A stretch of 64,000 nucleotides of DNA from the human T2T-CHM13v2.0 reference genome, Homo sapiens, in assembly GCF_009914755.1 (NCBI RefSeq), contig NC_060935.1. One strand, written 5' to 3'. Shown in pieces: positions 11,101-23,845 of the stretch (the first letter of the stretch is position 1; every line of letters begins with the position of its first letter). The translations under genes were made by a program, and so were the position numbers. Below the pieces are notes generated by a model, which made no database searches, was not told the DNA's origin, and saw only the letters and a list, made by a program, of their open reading frames with translations.

Positions 11101-14100
11101 GGGCAGGGGGGGCTCGGGGCGTTGTCTGATGTCTGAGGTGGAGGCCGTCTTCAGGGTGGGGGCTGTTGGAAACAGCTTGGAGAAGTTATGTCTGTCCCCC
11201 ACAGAGAAATCGAGTCAAGAGCCGGGTGTGTGGCAGCTCCGTTCCCCTCTCCCTGAGGCCAGGACCCGGCGGGCCTGGCAGCTCAGAGTCCAAGACCCCC
11301 ACACCCAGGCTTGACCTCAGGAGTCGTGTGTGCAGGACGCCCCCGCCACCCAACCCAGGGCGGCGCTGCCGGTCAGAAAGGCCGTGGGCGGTGGTGGCCA
11401 CGTTGTCCTTCCGCAGCTTAGCTGTCCACAACCTGAGCCCTCAGCGAGGCCTAAGTTAGGGTCTGAGTGAGAGGGCCAGGGGCCTCAGCCGTCATGGAAA
11501 CCCGAGCCTTGGCAGCAGCGGCACCCACTCCAAGTTCCGGGGAGCGGGGTGCACGCGGGAGAGCGGCAGGATGTGCTTCCCGAAGGCCCGAAGCCTGCAG
11601 GCTGCACTAGGACGGCCCCTCCTGCCGGACCCCTCGCCCCAGCCCTGCAGCTCCAGCCCTGCAGGGCCTCTCTCAGTCACCCCCTCCCAGCCGCGGGTGG
11701 GAGGGAGGGAGGGAGCGTGAGCCTGAGCCTCCCCCAGCGAGGCCGCCAGGCCCCTGCCTTCCCGGCCTGGCGTCTGCTTTCTGTGTTAGAGGGATCGAGT
11801 TCGCCCCTCCTCGAGGGGCTGGGTCTTATCTCTGGGAAAGAGATTACAGAGTTTCTGACATTAAATTTTCATGCTGAAGTTTTCAGCATGTAGTTTGAAA
11901 AGTATTTTTTTCAAATAACACCTGGAGAGGAGGGACGCGGGAGGAAGTCAAGCCTGCTCGCCATAAAACTTTGAACTTGGGGGTGGAGGGACACCCTGTC
12001 CGGCACCCCCTCCCCGCTCCGCCACAAGCGTCTCCCGCCCTCCCCCAGTGTGAGTTATTGATTCCGGCCGTGAGAGCCTCCTCCAGCCCCCACCCCCACC
12101 CCGGGTCTGCTCCAGCCCAGCCCCCTGCAGCTGCCCTCGGCCTGGCAGTGGGTGCCATGCCGCTGTGCCCCTCCGCCCACCCGCCCGTGGTCCGTTCAGC
12201 CCAGGCCCTGCTCTCCCCATTTTGTTCTTTGTTCTGTGCGGGGCTCTGGAAAGCCCTGCACGTGTTTGCTGCAGCCCCGCAGGCCAGCCGTGGGATCCCC
12301 GGGAGAGGCCAGCCTCCTGGGCCCAGCCGCTCTGTGCCCAAGGTGGTCCTGGGGTCCGGGGCCCGTGTTGCCATCTGTGGGCCGCAGACTCAGAAGGGCC
12401 TGCTCTTTGTGTCCTTTGGTACTTGAAGGGGCCCTCTTGGAAAATCCAGCCTCGAGCTTGTCTGTTGGGTCATTTTGGGGATTTGCAAACACTGGGGCAC
12501 GAGAAGTCACCTTGCTGACCCTGTCCCACCTCGTTATGTCGCAGCCAGGGTGCTGCGGCACCTGATGGAGCCTGGGAGTCCTGGCGGGCAGAAGGAGCTG
12601 AGGGTGGCAGGGGTGGGGCAGGCAGCCGGGCTCCCCCATTGCTTTCCTCCGAGCATCCCCAGCCTCCTGAGCATCCCGATCCGGGCCAAGTCCTGGACTT
12701 TGCTCCTCTGCACCCTCACGTCCACCACTCGTCCCTGTCCTCCCGGGGCCCCGGCCTGGCCACAGCCCTGCTTCCTGTCCAGCCCTCCCATCTGTCTTTC
12801 CCCAATGCTGTGGCCGCTCCAGCCCATACTTCTCGCCATGCGTGGGTTCAGGAGCCAGCCCCTGCAAGCCTGCCTTAGCCCAAGCCACCAGCCCGAAGCC
12901 AGCCCTTCCACCCAGCGCCCCTCCACCTTCCAGCCACACAGAGGGCCCCCCAGTGCGCCCCTGGAACTCCTCTCTCTTCCACACCATCCACCTCCTGACA
13001 CTGCCTGGGCTCTGGTCCGGCCCAAAAGAACACAGTGCCACTTTGCGGCTGCCCCGGGCCCTGGCTCGGCTGCCCTGAGCCCTCCAGCGTCCTGCTCCAC
13101 AGCTGGGGCCTCTCCGGCCCTGCCCTCCACCACCTCACAACACACTTTCCTTGGGGGATATTGCACTCCATCTGCCCACCCGCCGCCCGTGATCTCCCTG
13201 GGGCCTGCTCCACGAGGGATGCTCACGAACTGGGTGAGGGGACAGAGGAACCAGGACAGAATGCCCCCGGGGCCAGCCCTCTGCCTTGCACCAGCCACCC
13301 AACCTGCCTCGGGCCCAGGTCCACTCCCAATTCCTTCCCCTCACCTGGGATCCCCAACAGACCCCACACCCAGCCTGGCCGGGCCATCCCAACTCTATGG
13401 CTCCCAGACATTGCCCGTTCCCTCCTTGGCCCATGACCCTTAGCGGGTGACACGTCAGGACAGAGAGGGCAGCTGAGGGCACAATCCCGGATCTTCCTGC
13501 TGCCCACCAGCCCTCCTCTTTCAGGGAAGACCCTCAGGATCTGCCTCTGGGTTCCTCCCCACCTCCTCAGGGACCCTTCTCTGCAGTCTTGGACCAAGGC
13601 TGGCAGGCACGTGGGGCCACCCCAGGTGAGCCCTCTCCTCCTTCGCAGTGAGAACTGGGGGCAGAGGAAGGGGGAACAAAGCGGGGACCACACTCAGGTC
13701 AGGAGGTCGGGTGCCTCTGTCCACTTTCTTTCTCCCCCTGCTCAGGGTCTTGGAGGAGGTAGGGGAGGTAACAGCCACCTGGGCAGGGCACCGGACGAGG
13801 GAGGATGCTAACCTCCAGTGACAGGGCAGTAAGTATCCGGGGCGTGCCCGTCCCCGGATGCCCTGGAAATGGGAGATGGGCCGGCCGTGCCCCGGGCTGG
13901 GCAGTGAGTGAAGGCCCCATGCTCCTTCCTGTCCCTCGGGCCTGGCTTGGCCTGTGGGGCTTGGCGGGGCAGCACTTTCTGCAGACTCCAAACACAGCAA
14001 GCTCAGCTGGCTAGCTAGTGCCGGACCCACTGCTGGGAGAGGCAGCCAGGGCTCCAGGGCTGCCCCGCACCCCACCTCGTGCCGGGCACCGCCATGTTCC

Positions 14101-15160
14101 CCTCCTGCACACTGCGCCACAGTGCTGGCCGGCCGTCCCTCCCCTCCTTTGAGACTCCTTCCCCCTTCTCTCGGGTCTCTCACCTCTCCCTGCCCTTCTT
14201 CCTCCCCTCGCAGCCCTCCCAGACACCCAGCAAGGAGCAAAATGGCCAGGGCAGCACCCTCTGTTTCCGGAGCAGCTGCAGCAAGGGGTGGTCAACCTGG
14301 GGGACCAGGGACCCCAGACCCGCTTGGAGTCCTGTGGGTGGCCGCATTCCCAGGAAGGCTGGATCCGGAGGACCGGCCAACAGGATCGCTCAGGATGGAA
14401 GTCTTCTACTCAAGTAAGACCTTGGCAGCCTTGGTCGGCTCCATAGTCACCCTACGCTGCCATGTGGGAAGATTCCCATGCGCCAGCTGCAGACCCAAAG
14501 TCCAGGCAAGTTGGGGCTTTGAGGGGCACAGAGGGAACCCCCGGTCATACAGTGAAGAGAGCAGCAATGGACGGCCACACAGTACTGCAACATGGTGGGC
14601 TCCAGGGCAGACGCCAGGAGCCCAGGACCCGGGATGGGGCCACTCGCCCGGCTTGGCCACACAGCAGCCCCACCCGGCTCTAAAAGCAAGACCTTCAGGG
14701 GCTCCAGGCGAGCTCTGGCCATCCCTGGATGCGGTGTTTCCTCCAGCCCTTCCCATGGCAAGATGCCCTGCTCCCCACCTGGCCCGCCTGCCCTCCCACC
14801 TCCCATACCTCCCCCGGCCACCATCTCCGTGGCCCACAGCTCCTCCCAGCCTGGTCTCACCTTTCGACCAGCTTGCTGCAGTTTGAGATGGGACCAGGAA
14901 GGAAAGAGAAGGTTCTGGGAGGAGGAGGAGGAGGCTGCCAAGTGGCTGGTGCCAGGGCCGGGCTGGCAGGCGGGAGACTAGGAGAATGGAGACGGATGGG
15001 GGACGAGGTAGACATGTGGAGAAATAGAATGGGTTTTGGGAGATGGCAGAGACCAGGAGACGGAGAAGAGCCTGGAGGAAAGGGCCCCACCCCGAGGGAG
15101 GAAGGGAGGGCTTGGGGGAAACAGCGCCCGCCCGTTGCACCCCGGAGGCCCAGGAAGGGT

Positions 15161-15246
15161 GATCCTGATGGAGAGAAGGGGCCGCCCTCGAGAAGAGGCA
15201 TGCGATCCTGATGGAGAGAAGGGGCTGCCCTCGGGAAGAGGCATGC
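15161..15246. repeat. 2 x 43-bp tandem duplication
   Basis: GATCCTGATGGAGAGAAGGGGCYGCCCTCGRGAAGAGGCATGC at 15161 and 15204. Confidence 0.9.
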
Positions 15247-17598
15247 GGGGAGAGGAAAGGAGAGCTGCACTGCAGAGGGGGCTGTGGGGAGAGGGGCTCT
15301 GCCATCCCCTCAGCCAGATGGGTGTCGTCTTCCTGAACATAGAAGGGAACCGGGATGCCATGTTCTAACGCCCGTGTGTTTCCACACATGGCCAGGAGTT
15401 CGGGCAGGGCTGGGCTGTGAGCAGGCAGGACTGCCCTCCCGAAGCAGGTGCAGAACGAGCATTTGGGGAAGGAGAAGACACGTGTCCGCACCTGCAGCTG
15501 GTGGGGTGGGAGGGTGAGCTGCCTGCAGGGTGGTGGGGGGCAGCCCGGGGGGGCTCCTGAGGATGCACAGCTCCCTCCCAAGGCCAGGGCTCTGGGCACT
15601 GGGGTCCAGGAGAGAGTTTTGCTCTGCCCATGGCCAACAGGTAGGTGCCCAGATGCTGTTCTGTGGTGGAGTGAGGGGACCTTATTCCCTGGGGCCCAGA
15701 GGATGCCCAGCTCTGCCAAGGGCCTTGAATGACTCCATCAGAGGAGGTCCGGAGCCCCAGGGCCATTCCCTGATTCCTGTCACTTTCCCAGGATGCCCTC
15801 CCTCACCGGGTCGGCTCCCAGCTCCCCTTGGAGTGAGTAGGGCTGGACCCCACTGAGTCCATCGCAGACCCCAGCTGGCCGGGCGCATGGCTTCCCGTCT
15901 CCTCTCTGGGCTTGGTCCTCTTGTGTGAGGGGTCACGGCCCAGGCACCCATCTCCTCTGGGTTGAGGCTGGAGGGTGTCTCCGGGAAGCCCCTACGAGTG
16001 CAAAACCTTGCTGTTGATCTCAAGACCCCGGGCGGAGACGGGAGGAGGAGGGTGGAGGAACGAAGACCAGATTCCTGGAGGACGATTCTGTTGAGCCTCC
16101 AATTCCCTGGACTGATTATTTGCTTAAGTCAGAACTCCCGGCCGGATGGGGCTGGGGCCAGGAGATCAGGGAGAGGGTTCTTTCCTGGACAGGTCTGCTT
16201 ATCCCAAGGGCCAATTAGCAGTAGCAGAGCCTCAGCAGGAGCTTGCTTGTCCTGGGAGCAGGGGTGAGCTTATCTGCTCCGAGGGGTGCCCTGCCGGGCC
16301 TCGGGGCCTTGGAGAGGGGCCGGCTCCGTTCTCCGTCTCCTGGAAAGCCAAGGTGGGAGGTAGCATCTGGAATTAGATGCGGTTGAGGATGCTTCCTGAC
16401 TGGGAGGGGGTTTTGCTCCTCCCTGGGACCACAGCAGGACATTTGAAGCACCAGGATCCCAGCGGGGGCCTGTGGGGAGGCATGGCCATTTCTAAATGAG
16501 GCTCTGGGTACCTGGTGGCCCATGGAGCGGGGCTCTGGGAATTGCCTCCTGCGAGCGGCCATTGGAGGGGGAGGTATTACCCCCACCGGTGTCCTCAGCC
16601 AGTCCCTCCTGGAGTCCTCAGAGCCCTCAACAGGCTCTCACCTGGCCCTCCGCTGCCAGGGCTGGACCAGAGGCTCTTCAGGAGCTTGTGCTCTTCCGCC
16701 CCCAGAGCTCCAGCCTGGACGCCTTGGAACTGGCCGTCCTGAGCTGGACAGCCAAGATGCGATGGTGGCTGTGCTGGGCTCCAGCCCATGGTGGCCTCCA
16801 AGGTGGTGCTGGGGCCTTAGGGGAAAGGGTTGCTTTTCATGGCTGGCTGAGGGGATGGCAGAGCTGTCCTCCGTTCCGCCTCCTTTACCCATGGATGCGG
16901 CCGCATGCGGGTCTCCATCATTGTCCTATCCTTGACCATCTGGCTAAGACTCAGGGACCCACAGCAGCCGCTCCCCCACTGGCTGTCTGGGAAAAGGCCC
17001 ACATTGCCGGGCACACACCAGGGTGGCCAGGGATTGGTCACTGCCTGAATGTCCCCGGACCGATGCCCGTGTGCCCTTGGGCAGCCTTCCCCTCGGACAG
17101 GCTGTCCAGGCTGGGAAACCCTGAGCCAGAGGGATTAAGAAGAAAGGACAGAGTCGACTGTCCCCTTGGCTAATTTGTGCTTCATTTAGTGTAATTTTGC
17201 TCAGTGGTCAAAACATAGAGGTGATGACACCGAGGGTCCAGACATGTCCCATCTCCAGGGCCAACCTCCTGCAGATCCCCAGCCCCGCCCAGCCCTGCCT
17301 GCTGCGCCCTGGGCCTGCCTCTGCCCTCACAGCCATCCTGTACATTCCTGTGTCTCAGTGGCGGGGGATAGGGGGTGGGGGAAGGGTCTCCGATACACCA
17401 GGGGGTGCAGGGACCCTCAGCATGGGTGCCCAGGCAGCTCTCTATGGAAATGCAGGATTGGGTCAGGACCCCAGAGCTGTGCAGGGCCCTCTGTCCCCAG
17501 CCCAAGTCCTGAGTCCCTCTTGCCAGCCTCTGCTGCTCCGCGTGTGGTAGGAGCTACCAGTCTGGGGTCCGGGCTGGGCGCGTTCATGATGCCTGCCT

Positions 17599-18291
17599 GG
17601 GGTCTGAGCAAGTCCTCCCCACGGGGTCTGAGCAAGTCCTCCCCACGGGGTCTGAGCAAATCCTCCCCACGGGGTCTGAGCATGTCCTCCCCACGGGGTC
17701 TGAGCAAATCCTCCCCACGGGGTCTGAGCAAGTCCTCCCCATGGGGCCTGAGCAAATCCTCCCCACGGGGTCTGAGCATGTCCTCCCCACGGGGTCTGAG
17801 CAAATCCTCCCCACGGGGTCTGAGCAAATCCTCCCCATGGGGTCTGAGCAAATCCTTCCTATGCCGTCTGAGCAAGTCCTCCCCATGGGTTCTGAGCATG
17901 TCCTCCCCACAGGGTCTGAGCAAGTCCTCCCCACGGGGTCTGAGCAAGTCCTCCCCACGGGGTCTGAGCATGTCCTCCCCACGGGGTCTGAGCAAGTCCT
18001 CCTCCCCACGGGGTCTGATCATGTCCTCCCCACGGGGTCTGAGCATGTCCTCTCCACGGGGTCTGAGCAAGTCCTCCCCATGGGGTCTGAGCATGTCCTC
18101 CCCACGGGGTCTGAGCAAGTCCTCCCCACGGGGTCTATGTCCTCCCCACGGGGTCTGAGCATGTCCTCCCCATGGGTTCTGAGCAAGTCCTCCCCATGGG
18201 GTCTGAGCAAGTCCTCCCCACGGGGTCTGAGCAAATCCTCCCCATGGGGTCTGAGCAAATCCTTCCTATGCCGTCTGAGCACATCCTCCCC
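17599..18291. repeat. 24-bp minisatellite (VNTR-like), 29 units, consensus GGGGTCTGAGCAAGTCCTCCCCAC
   Basis: Units counted directly; internal variants CAAG/CATG/CAAA, one 4-nt deletion unit, one 3-nt insertion unit. Confidence 0.97.
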
Positions 18292-19364
18292 AAGCTGTGA
18301 CCGAGTGTCCCTCCTGCAGGTGGAGGATGTTGCTAGGATGCACCTTGAAGGCACCCCAGCCTCGCCGGAGCGCCCCCTCCTCGTAGCCTGGGGTGTGGCT
18401 GGGTGGTCTGGGGTCCTGGGTGCCTTGTGATGCTGGCCCCAGGGTCCACTCAGCACCGTCCTGGTGTCGTCATCAGCTGGAGGCTTCCCGGGGCCTGTGC
18501 TGGGGGTGGAGAGCAGGGAGAGGCAGCAGGGTTCTCCTCAGGGTGGGGTCGCTGGGAAGCACCATCCCACCTGTCAGACTGGCCTTGACTGTAGACACCC
18601 CAGGTGACCTGGAAGGACAGACGGACCCCAGGTGATGAGAAAGGACCAGAGTCTGACCTCTCACCCCTCCTAAGCTCTGAACTCCCGTTGGCTTGCCTGA
18701 CCTCCAAGTCCTCCTGGGGCTGAACCCTCTACAGATGCCCCTCCTGGGCCCTGGGGTGGGCCCGGTTTAGCTCTCCATTGTGGCTGAAGCCCCCGGGGCT
18801 TCAGTGCTGGCTTGAAGAGGGGGTGGGGCTCCCCAGGCCTGGGGATTGGCAGTTTTTTCCTCCCCTCTTCCCAAACTTTCAGACTGGACCACTTAAGAAT
18901 AATGAGGTCCAGGTGGTTCCGCTTGAGCCTGGATCCTCACTGGCTGTGGGACTGAGCTTCCCCTGCCGGTCCCACCTCCCACCGGGAGCAGCTAATGACA
19001 GCCAGAGGCTGGAAGGTGAAGCTCCCCTTGGCTGTCAGGCGGGCCGCAGGGCAGGGGCTGGGCAGGCCAAGGGCGCCACTCTCCTGCCCAGGCCAGGGCA
19101 CCCGATCACTGCACCACACCCCTTGTGGCCGTCTGTCCAGCCAGGGCCCTGCTGCAGGTGCTTCCCGTGGGACTGTAGGGAGAACAATCAAGACTTCTGC
19201 CTCCTTGGTCGAGCAGGGCTGCCTCCCCATCTCATCTACTGGCAAGGAGGCTGGGCACCTTCAGGGAGCTTCAGTTTGGGAAGAGGGAGGAGGTCTGAGG
19301 TGGATGGTGGCGATGGCTGCGCAGCAGTGAGAATGGACTGAGTGCCACTGATGTGTGTGCTCCA

Positions 19365-19419
19365 TGGCTCCGTGGCTCCGTGGCTCCGTGGCTCAGTGGC
19401 TCAATGGCTATAATGGCTA
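19365..19419. repeat. 8-bp tandem repeat (TGGCTCCG)n, degenerating
   Basis: TGGCTCCG x3 followed by TGGCTCAG, TGGCTCAA, TGGCTATAA. Confidence 0.85.
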
Positions 19420-20077
19420 GTTTTGTTACATATTTTCACCATAATAAAACAAAACATGTCCAAGGTGCTACAAGGAGGGAGGAGCCCCTGGAGCACCCGC
19501 CTGCCATCTCCCATCTGCCAGGCAGCATCCCTCCACTGGCTCTCTGGGAGGGGTTCGAGGCCTCCAGCCTCCCTGTGGCCCCCATCTGCCTCCAGGAGAT
19601 TTGTTCCCTCTCTCCTGCCCCGAAACCCTCGAGGCAGCCCTGCTCTTGGTCACTGCAGAGGAAGTGGCCCAGGCTTGGCCCAGGCCAGCTGTGGCCTCTG
19701 GAGGCAAGATGTGGGGACTCACAGTGTTCGAAGGCCACACCCCCCCGAGCACATGGGCTCCAGTGCCTCTGAGGCAAAGAGCAGGCAGCACCGTGCGCAC
19801 AGCAGTGGGAGACACAGCACAGCCACCAGGGCAGCCCCCAGGCAGACGGCGGGCCTAGAGAGGGCGGGATGACACAAGAAAGGTTCTCCTTTGGAGACGG
19901 CGAGGTCAGGCAGGTGGGAGAGGGTTCACGGTGCTTGAGGTGCAGAGAGAGGATGGTGGAATGGAAAACGTAGGGTGACTTGTCGGGGACAGGCCCAGGG
20001 CCACAACTCGGGCAGGCCTATTGCCCGAGTTTTGGGTCCCATCCTGGCAGGCAGGGGAGAGAATTCTGAATTTTTTA

Positions 20078-20485
<408 letters not shown>

Positions 20486-23150
20486 TCAGAGTGGAGGGGG
20501 AGAAAGAGCAGGCTGGCCAGGTTGTGGGAGGCTTCCGGCGGGCGGCAGGTGGAGGAACAAAGGCAGGGCCTGGCGATGACGGCCTGAGGGCTAATTGCAC
20601 AGCTTACTGCTCACCCATGCGGGAAGGCTGTGGCCCCGGGGACCCGCATGTCCTCCAGATCTTCACAACCGGCAATAAAGTGCTGGTTGCTGGTTGCGTA
20701 ATCACTGACTGATTGAGACCTGCACAGGCGAGGAGATGATGGCTGTCCCTGGAGAGGAGAGGCCTGGGGCCTGCCATCCGGTCTTGCCTCATCACTCCCC
20801 ACCAGGTGGAGAAGTCCCCGTTATCAGCAGCGAGCCTGCCTGCTGTTCCTAGTCCTCTGGAGCCTGGAGATCATCACTCCTCCTGGACCCAGAGACAGGC
20901 GTGGGAGAGGGCGTCACAGCCACCACTGTACGCACCTGGCCAGGGCTGCCCTCGGGCTCTGCCCATCTGTCCTCTCCTGCGTCAGAGCCACCACCTGGCA
21001 AACAGCCCCACTGAAGCCCCTTCCGGGAGGGCACCGAGCCCTGGGCAGCACCCCTCCCTCCCGGCAGGCCGGTCTGTGGGACGTGCAGGACGTGCTGCAG
21101 CCCAGGGGCTCTGTGGCACTGGCTCGGCCCTGTGCTGGTGCTCTGATGGGTAGGAATCTGGGCCGATACCTTGGTGCCCACACTGCAAGCCAGGTGGCCA
21201 CAGCACGGCCCAGTGGGCATCCTCAGCACAGCCGGTGGCAGTGGGACTCAAGTGACTGCTGCTGGGGGTCCCATCTGATTCTTTCCAGGGCCAGAGATCA
21301 GGGGAGGATGTGGAGCGGGGCTGTGGTGGGGGCCCTGGGTGGCCTCCCCTCGCCACTTTCCCATGACGCCCCTGTAATCGGGGCTCTTACCCCTGGGTCC
21401 CCGGTACCTCACAGCTGCCTGGACGCAGCCCCACCCGTGCACAGGCCTGTGGGGAGGCCGCAGCAGTCCTTTCCCATGGCTGGGAGGGGGCCACGGGTGG
21501 GGGACAAGGAATTTGAGGAGGAAACAGCAGTGGCCTGAGAATTTAGAAAATGCATCCAACTGCTTGGACTCTTGGGAAGAAGCTGGCAGGAGGATTAGGA
21601 GAAGTGGAGGATGATTGCATGGTCCTGGGTGGGCCGTGACTGATGGGGCAGCCGGGGTCTCCAGCATGGGGAGGGGAGCCTTGTCTGTGCCGGGCGAGCA
21701 GCTGTCCCCATCCCTCAGCCTGTGTCCCGCTCGCCTCGGCTGCTAACCAGAGACCTCTGATCCCCGGCTGGAGGTGGGAGCGATTCTGGCCCTAGAGCCC
21801 CCCCACCTTGCCTGGTGACAGAGACATGGGCCCCTGTGCTGAGCCTGCCATCCTCATCTGCAAAACGGGGTTTGGGAACATGTGTGGAGTGGGTGGGGGA
21901 CCTTGGAAGCCACCAGTTGCTCCTAGAATCCACAGGCCACGTCTTGCGTCTCAGACCAGCTCCACCTCCTCTGCCCGCCACCCACCTCTGCGGGTCCCGA
22001 GTCTCTTCATCCAGTGAAGGAGAGGGCTGAGAGCAGGGGCGTACGTGCCACGAGGGTGTCCACCTGGGAGGGACAGTGCGGCCCCGGGAGCCCTCTGGAG
22101 CACAGCTGCCCTGCCTCGGGGCTGGAGCTGGCTGTTAGGTCTGCACAGGCTCCTGGGCCAAGCTTCCTGACTGATCCTGGGGGTAGTCACACAGTTCATC
22201 ACGGGCATGGGCCTGGGGGAGATGAGCAGCTGTTCCCCACACCGCCCCTCAGTCGTGCCCTGCCCAACGGTGGACAGCTTTGCCCCACTTGGCCGGACTG
22301 GCCCCTTCTGGCCTTAACTCCTTAACTCTCCCGTGGTTTTCTACCCCTGTCCTGGGGTCCCTGGGCCTAGAGAGATGGCCACCCCTCCCCGTGGACCTAG
22401 GAGAGCCCCCAGGGCTCCACTGGCGTTAGGTAAATGGAATCGTGTCCTGGCAGTCCTGTCCCTACCCCAGTGCCCAGTGGAGGCATAACTGGGGATAATG
22501 CGATTACAGCTGCTCCCACCAGGGTGATCTGCAGCAGAAGCAGAAAATCACTCCGGCCATGCTCCAGTGGGGACAGGAAGGCTCACCAAGCCCCTGTCCG
22601 CCTGGGAAGCTGGGCACTGTGGGTGCAGCTGCTCCATTGGGTAGGGCTGCTGGGCCCCCGGGGGCAAATCGTGAGTTGGATTTCAACCAGGAAAGCAGGT
22701 CTTGATGGGGCAGGCAGAGGGGGTGTGGAGTGGCCCCACGGATATCGTTGCCTCGACCCTTGGCTCCTGGCGTTTGCTCAGCTAACTTTGCAGACGAGAC
22801 GCTGTGTGCAGAGAGACACAGGCGATAAGGATGGGGTCGTTGGCTTCAGGGCACCCCCCAACCCGTGGCCTTCACTGGCCTCATCCCTGTGCCCCCACCG
22901 GCCCAGGCTCTGCTCCCTCCATGCCATTGTTTCACTCCTTCTGGAACCTTCTGTGCCTGTGCAATGTGGCCATGCCCTTGTTTTTCCACCATTTAAGAGC
23001 TTTCTACACCCACCGAGGAGAGGGGCAGGCATGGCTGTGTGGTGGCCCCCTGGGGCTCCCGCAGCCGCCTCGACCCCTCAGCCTCCTCTGTGGGGTGTAG
23101 AAGAGTTCTCTGCACAGGTCCTCAGCTCGGGCAGCCCTGGAAGTGCTGGG

Positions 23151-23845
23151 CCTTCAGGCACAGGGGAGGGTGGCTCAGGGGCCAGCAGCAGACGTTGGTG
23201 CCTGCCCCTGCAGCGGGGTGCCCCATGCTGAGACAGTGCGCAAGAGGGACACTCCGGGCCTCGGTCCGCCCTCCGTGTGGCAAATGAGGTGCTCGGCGGG
23301 GCTTCTTAACTCTTCAACCTGGCCTTCCCACGGGTCCCTCTGGACAAGGGATGGCGGGGCGCAGGGGAAGCTGATTCCCAGCCCCACCCCAGCCCGTAGC
23401 ACAGTGGTCGTAAGCGTGGGAAATGCCAGCTCCATGCCTCTGCTCCGCTATGTTTAACTCAACACAAGGAGCTTCCTGGGCCTTCAATGTCCCAGGACCC
23501 ACGGCCTTTAGTGATTTGTGGTCTGGGAGACAGGAAGCCGGAGCTCTGGGGCCGAGCTGCAGCCCCTCTCCCTCTGCAGCGCATCCTTGCTCTGAGGGTG
23601 GCAGAGGCAGGTCTAGGCCTTGGGGACCTGGGGCCGGGGCCCCCAAGGGGAAGGGAAGGGACCCGTGGGGAGCCCAGGGTGAAGAGTTAAGAAGCCCCGC
23701 CAAGCACCTCATTTGCCACATGGAGGGTGGACCGAGGCCCGGAGTGTCCCCCGTGTGTGCTGTCTCAGCATGGGGCACCCCGCTGCAGGGGCAGGCACCA
23801 ACGTCTGCCGTTGGCCCCTGAGCCGCCCTCCCCTGTGCCTGAAGG
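23151..23845. repeat. Long inverted repeat: arms 23151-23339 and 23657-23845, 317-bp spacer
   Basis: Manual reverse-complement alignment: 189 bp ungapped, 14 mismatches; outer extension 23099-23126 pairs with 23847-23874. Confidence 0.95.

Noticed and set aside
17599-18291. CRISPR-like appearance of short repeat arrays (also 46870-47370 and the ICR B repeats)
   Set aside because: Head-to-tail repeats with no unique spacers, no cas genes, human DNA.
17244-18456. Repetitive ORFs (GLSKSSPR)n, (LRPRGEDL)n, (GSEQVLPT)n
   Set aside because: Translation of the 24-bp VNTR; open in several frames because the unit is a multiple of 3 with few stops.
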